From: Chloroflexota bacterium
GTDB taxonomy: Bacteria > Chloroflexota > Anaerolineae > UBA7937 > B3-Chlor
DNA length: 64,000 nt
NCBI GenBank assembly: GCA_030603665.1
Contig: JAUVXJ010000008.1
Coordinates: forward strand, 94,900 to 158,899
Direction: 5' to 3'
Each line of letters starts with the position of its first letter. Position 1 is the stretch's first letter. Positions 64,000 through 64,000 of the stretch are shown here, piece by piece. The translations under genes and the position numbers were made by a program. Below the pieces are notes generated by a model. It was given only the letters and a program-made list of their open reading frames with translations. It was not told the DNA's origin and searched no databases.

Positions 64000-64000
64000 T

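Noticed and set aside
1-64000. Scan for tRNA, rRNA, CRISPR arrays and mobile-element genes.
   Set aside because: - No GGTTCGA(A/T)TCC-type T-arm was found in a tRNA-like context on either strand.
- No rRNA-like segments were found.
- The only short tandem repeats are coding Pro/Thr linkers and pentapeptide repeats.
- No transposase, integrase or recombinase motifs were recognised.

Overview
A 64-kb stretch of a GC-rich bacterial chromosome, roughly 60-65% GC judged by eye. No rRNA, tRNA, CRISPR array, transposase or integrase was recognised. The protein repertoire suggests a Chloroflexota-like or similar lineage, but this is inference only. That repertoire includes PD40/TolB-like beta-propellers with Pro/Thr-rich linkers, zinc-ribbon plus pentapeptide-repeat membrane proteins, giant GT-C/PA14/NHL proteins and a SARP-type regulator.

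Recognisable content, left to right:
- M20 peptidase (5' partial), a ComEC-type MBL hydrolase with a lamin-tail domain, and an NfeD-flotillin pair.
- A minus-strand block holding an alkaline-phosphatase-superfamily membrane enzyme, zinc-ribbon and pentapeptide proteins, a GT2 and an alpha/beta hydrolase.
- plsY translationally coupled to a rifampin-phosphotransferase-like PEP-utilising enzyme.
- A four-gene minus-strand block that includes a B12-binding radical SAM enzyme.
- A 1273-aa SARP/BTAD-AAA-TPR regulator fused to a family-5 solute-binding domain.
- An MFS transporter, PD40 proteins, a stomatin-like SPFH protein, an HPS-like enzyme and a DUF362 protein.
- A lower-GC island at about 41.2-47.3 kb.
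- pstB / pstSCAB, MgtC, ferritin, a PIG-L deacetylase, two tandem GT-C+PA14 giants, and a molybdopterin oxidoreductase-domain protein at the right edge.

Most interesting signals:
1. An operon in the low-GC island encodes a TusA-like/MtrA-like (cobamide-binding) fusion. The best start (GGAGG + ATG) lies upstream of an in-frame TGA at the TusA catalytic-Cys position. That TGA is followed by an fdhF-like SECIS hairpin with a GGUC loop 18 nt after it. A downstream small Cys-rich ORF carries a second in-frame TGA that aligns to a Cys in its own internal repeat. The three ORFs of the operon are treated here as candidate selenoproteins or their paralogues.
2. A dispersed promoter-like element occurs in seven copies. 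It consists of 11-bp-phased TTGAGAC-type heptamers ending exactly 8 nt before a TAGNCT-type -10 hexamer. This matches SARP-box architecture, and two copies flank the SARP-SBP5 regulator gene.
3. A roughly 135-nt transcription unit has a canonical sigma70 promoter, an intrinsic terminator and an alternative antiterminator pairing.
4. An orphan, translationally coupled two-gene cassette sits in the island, next to an RHS/SSB chimeric gene fragment.
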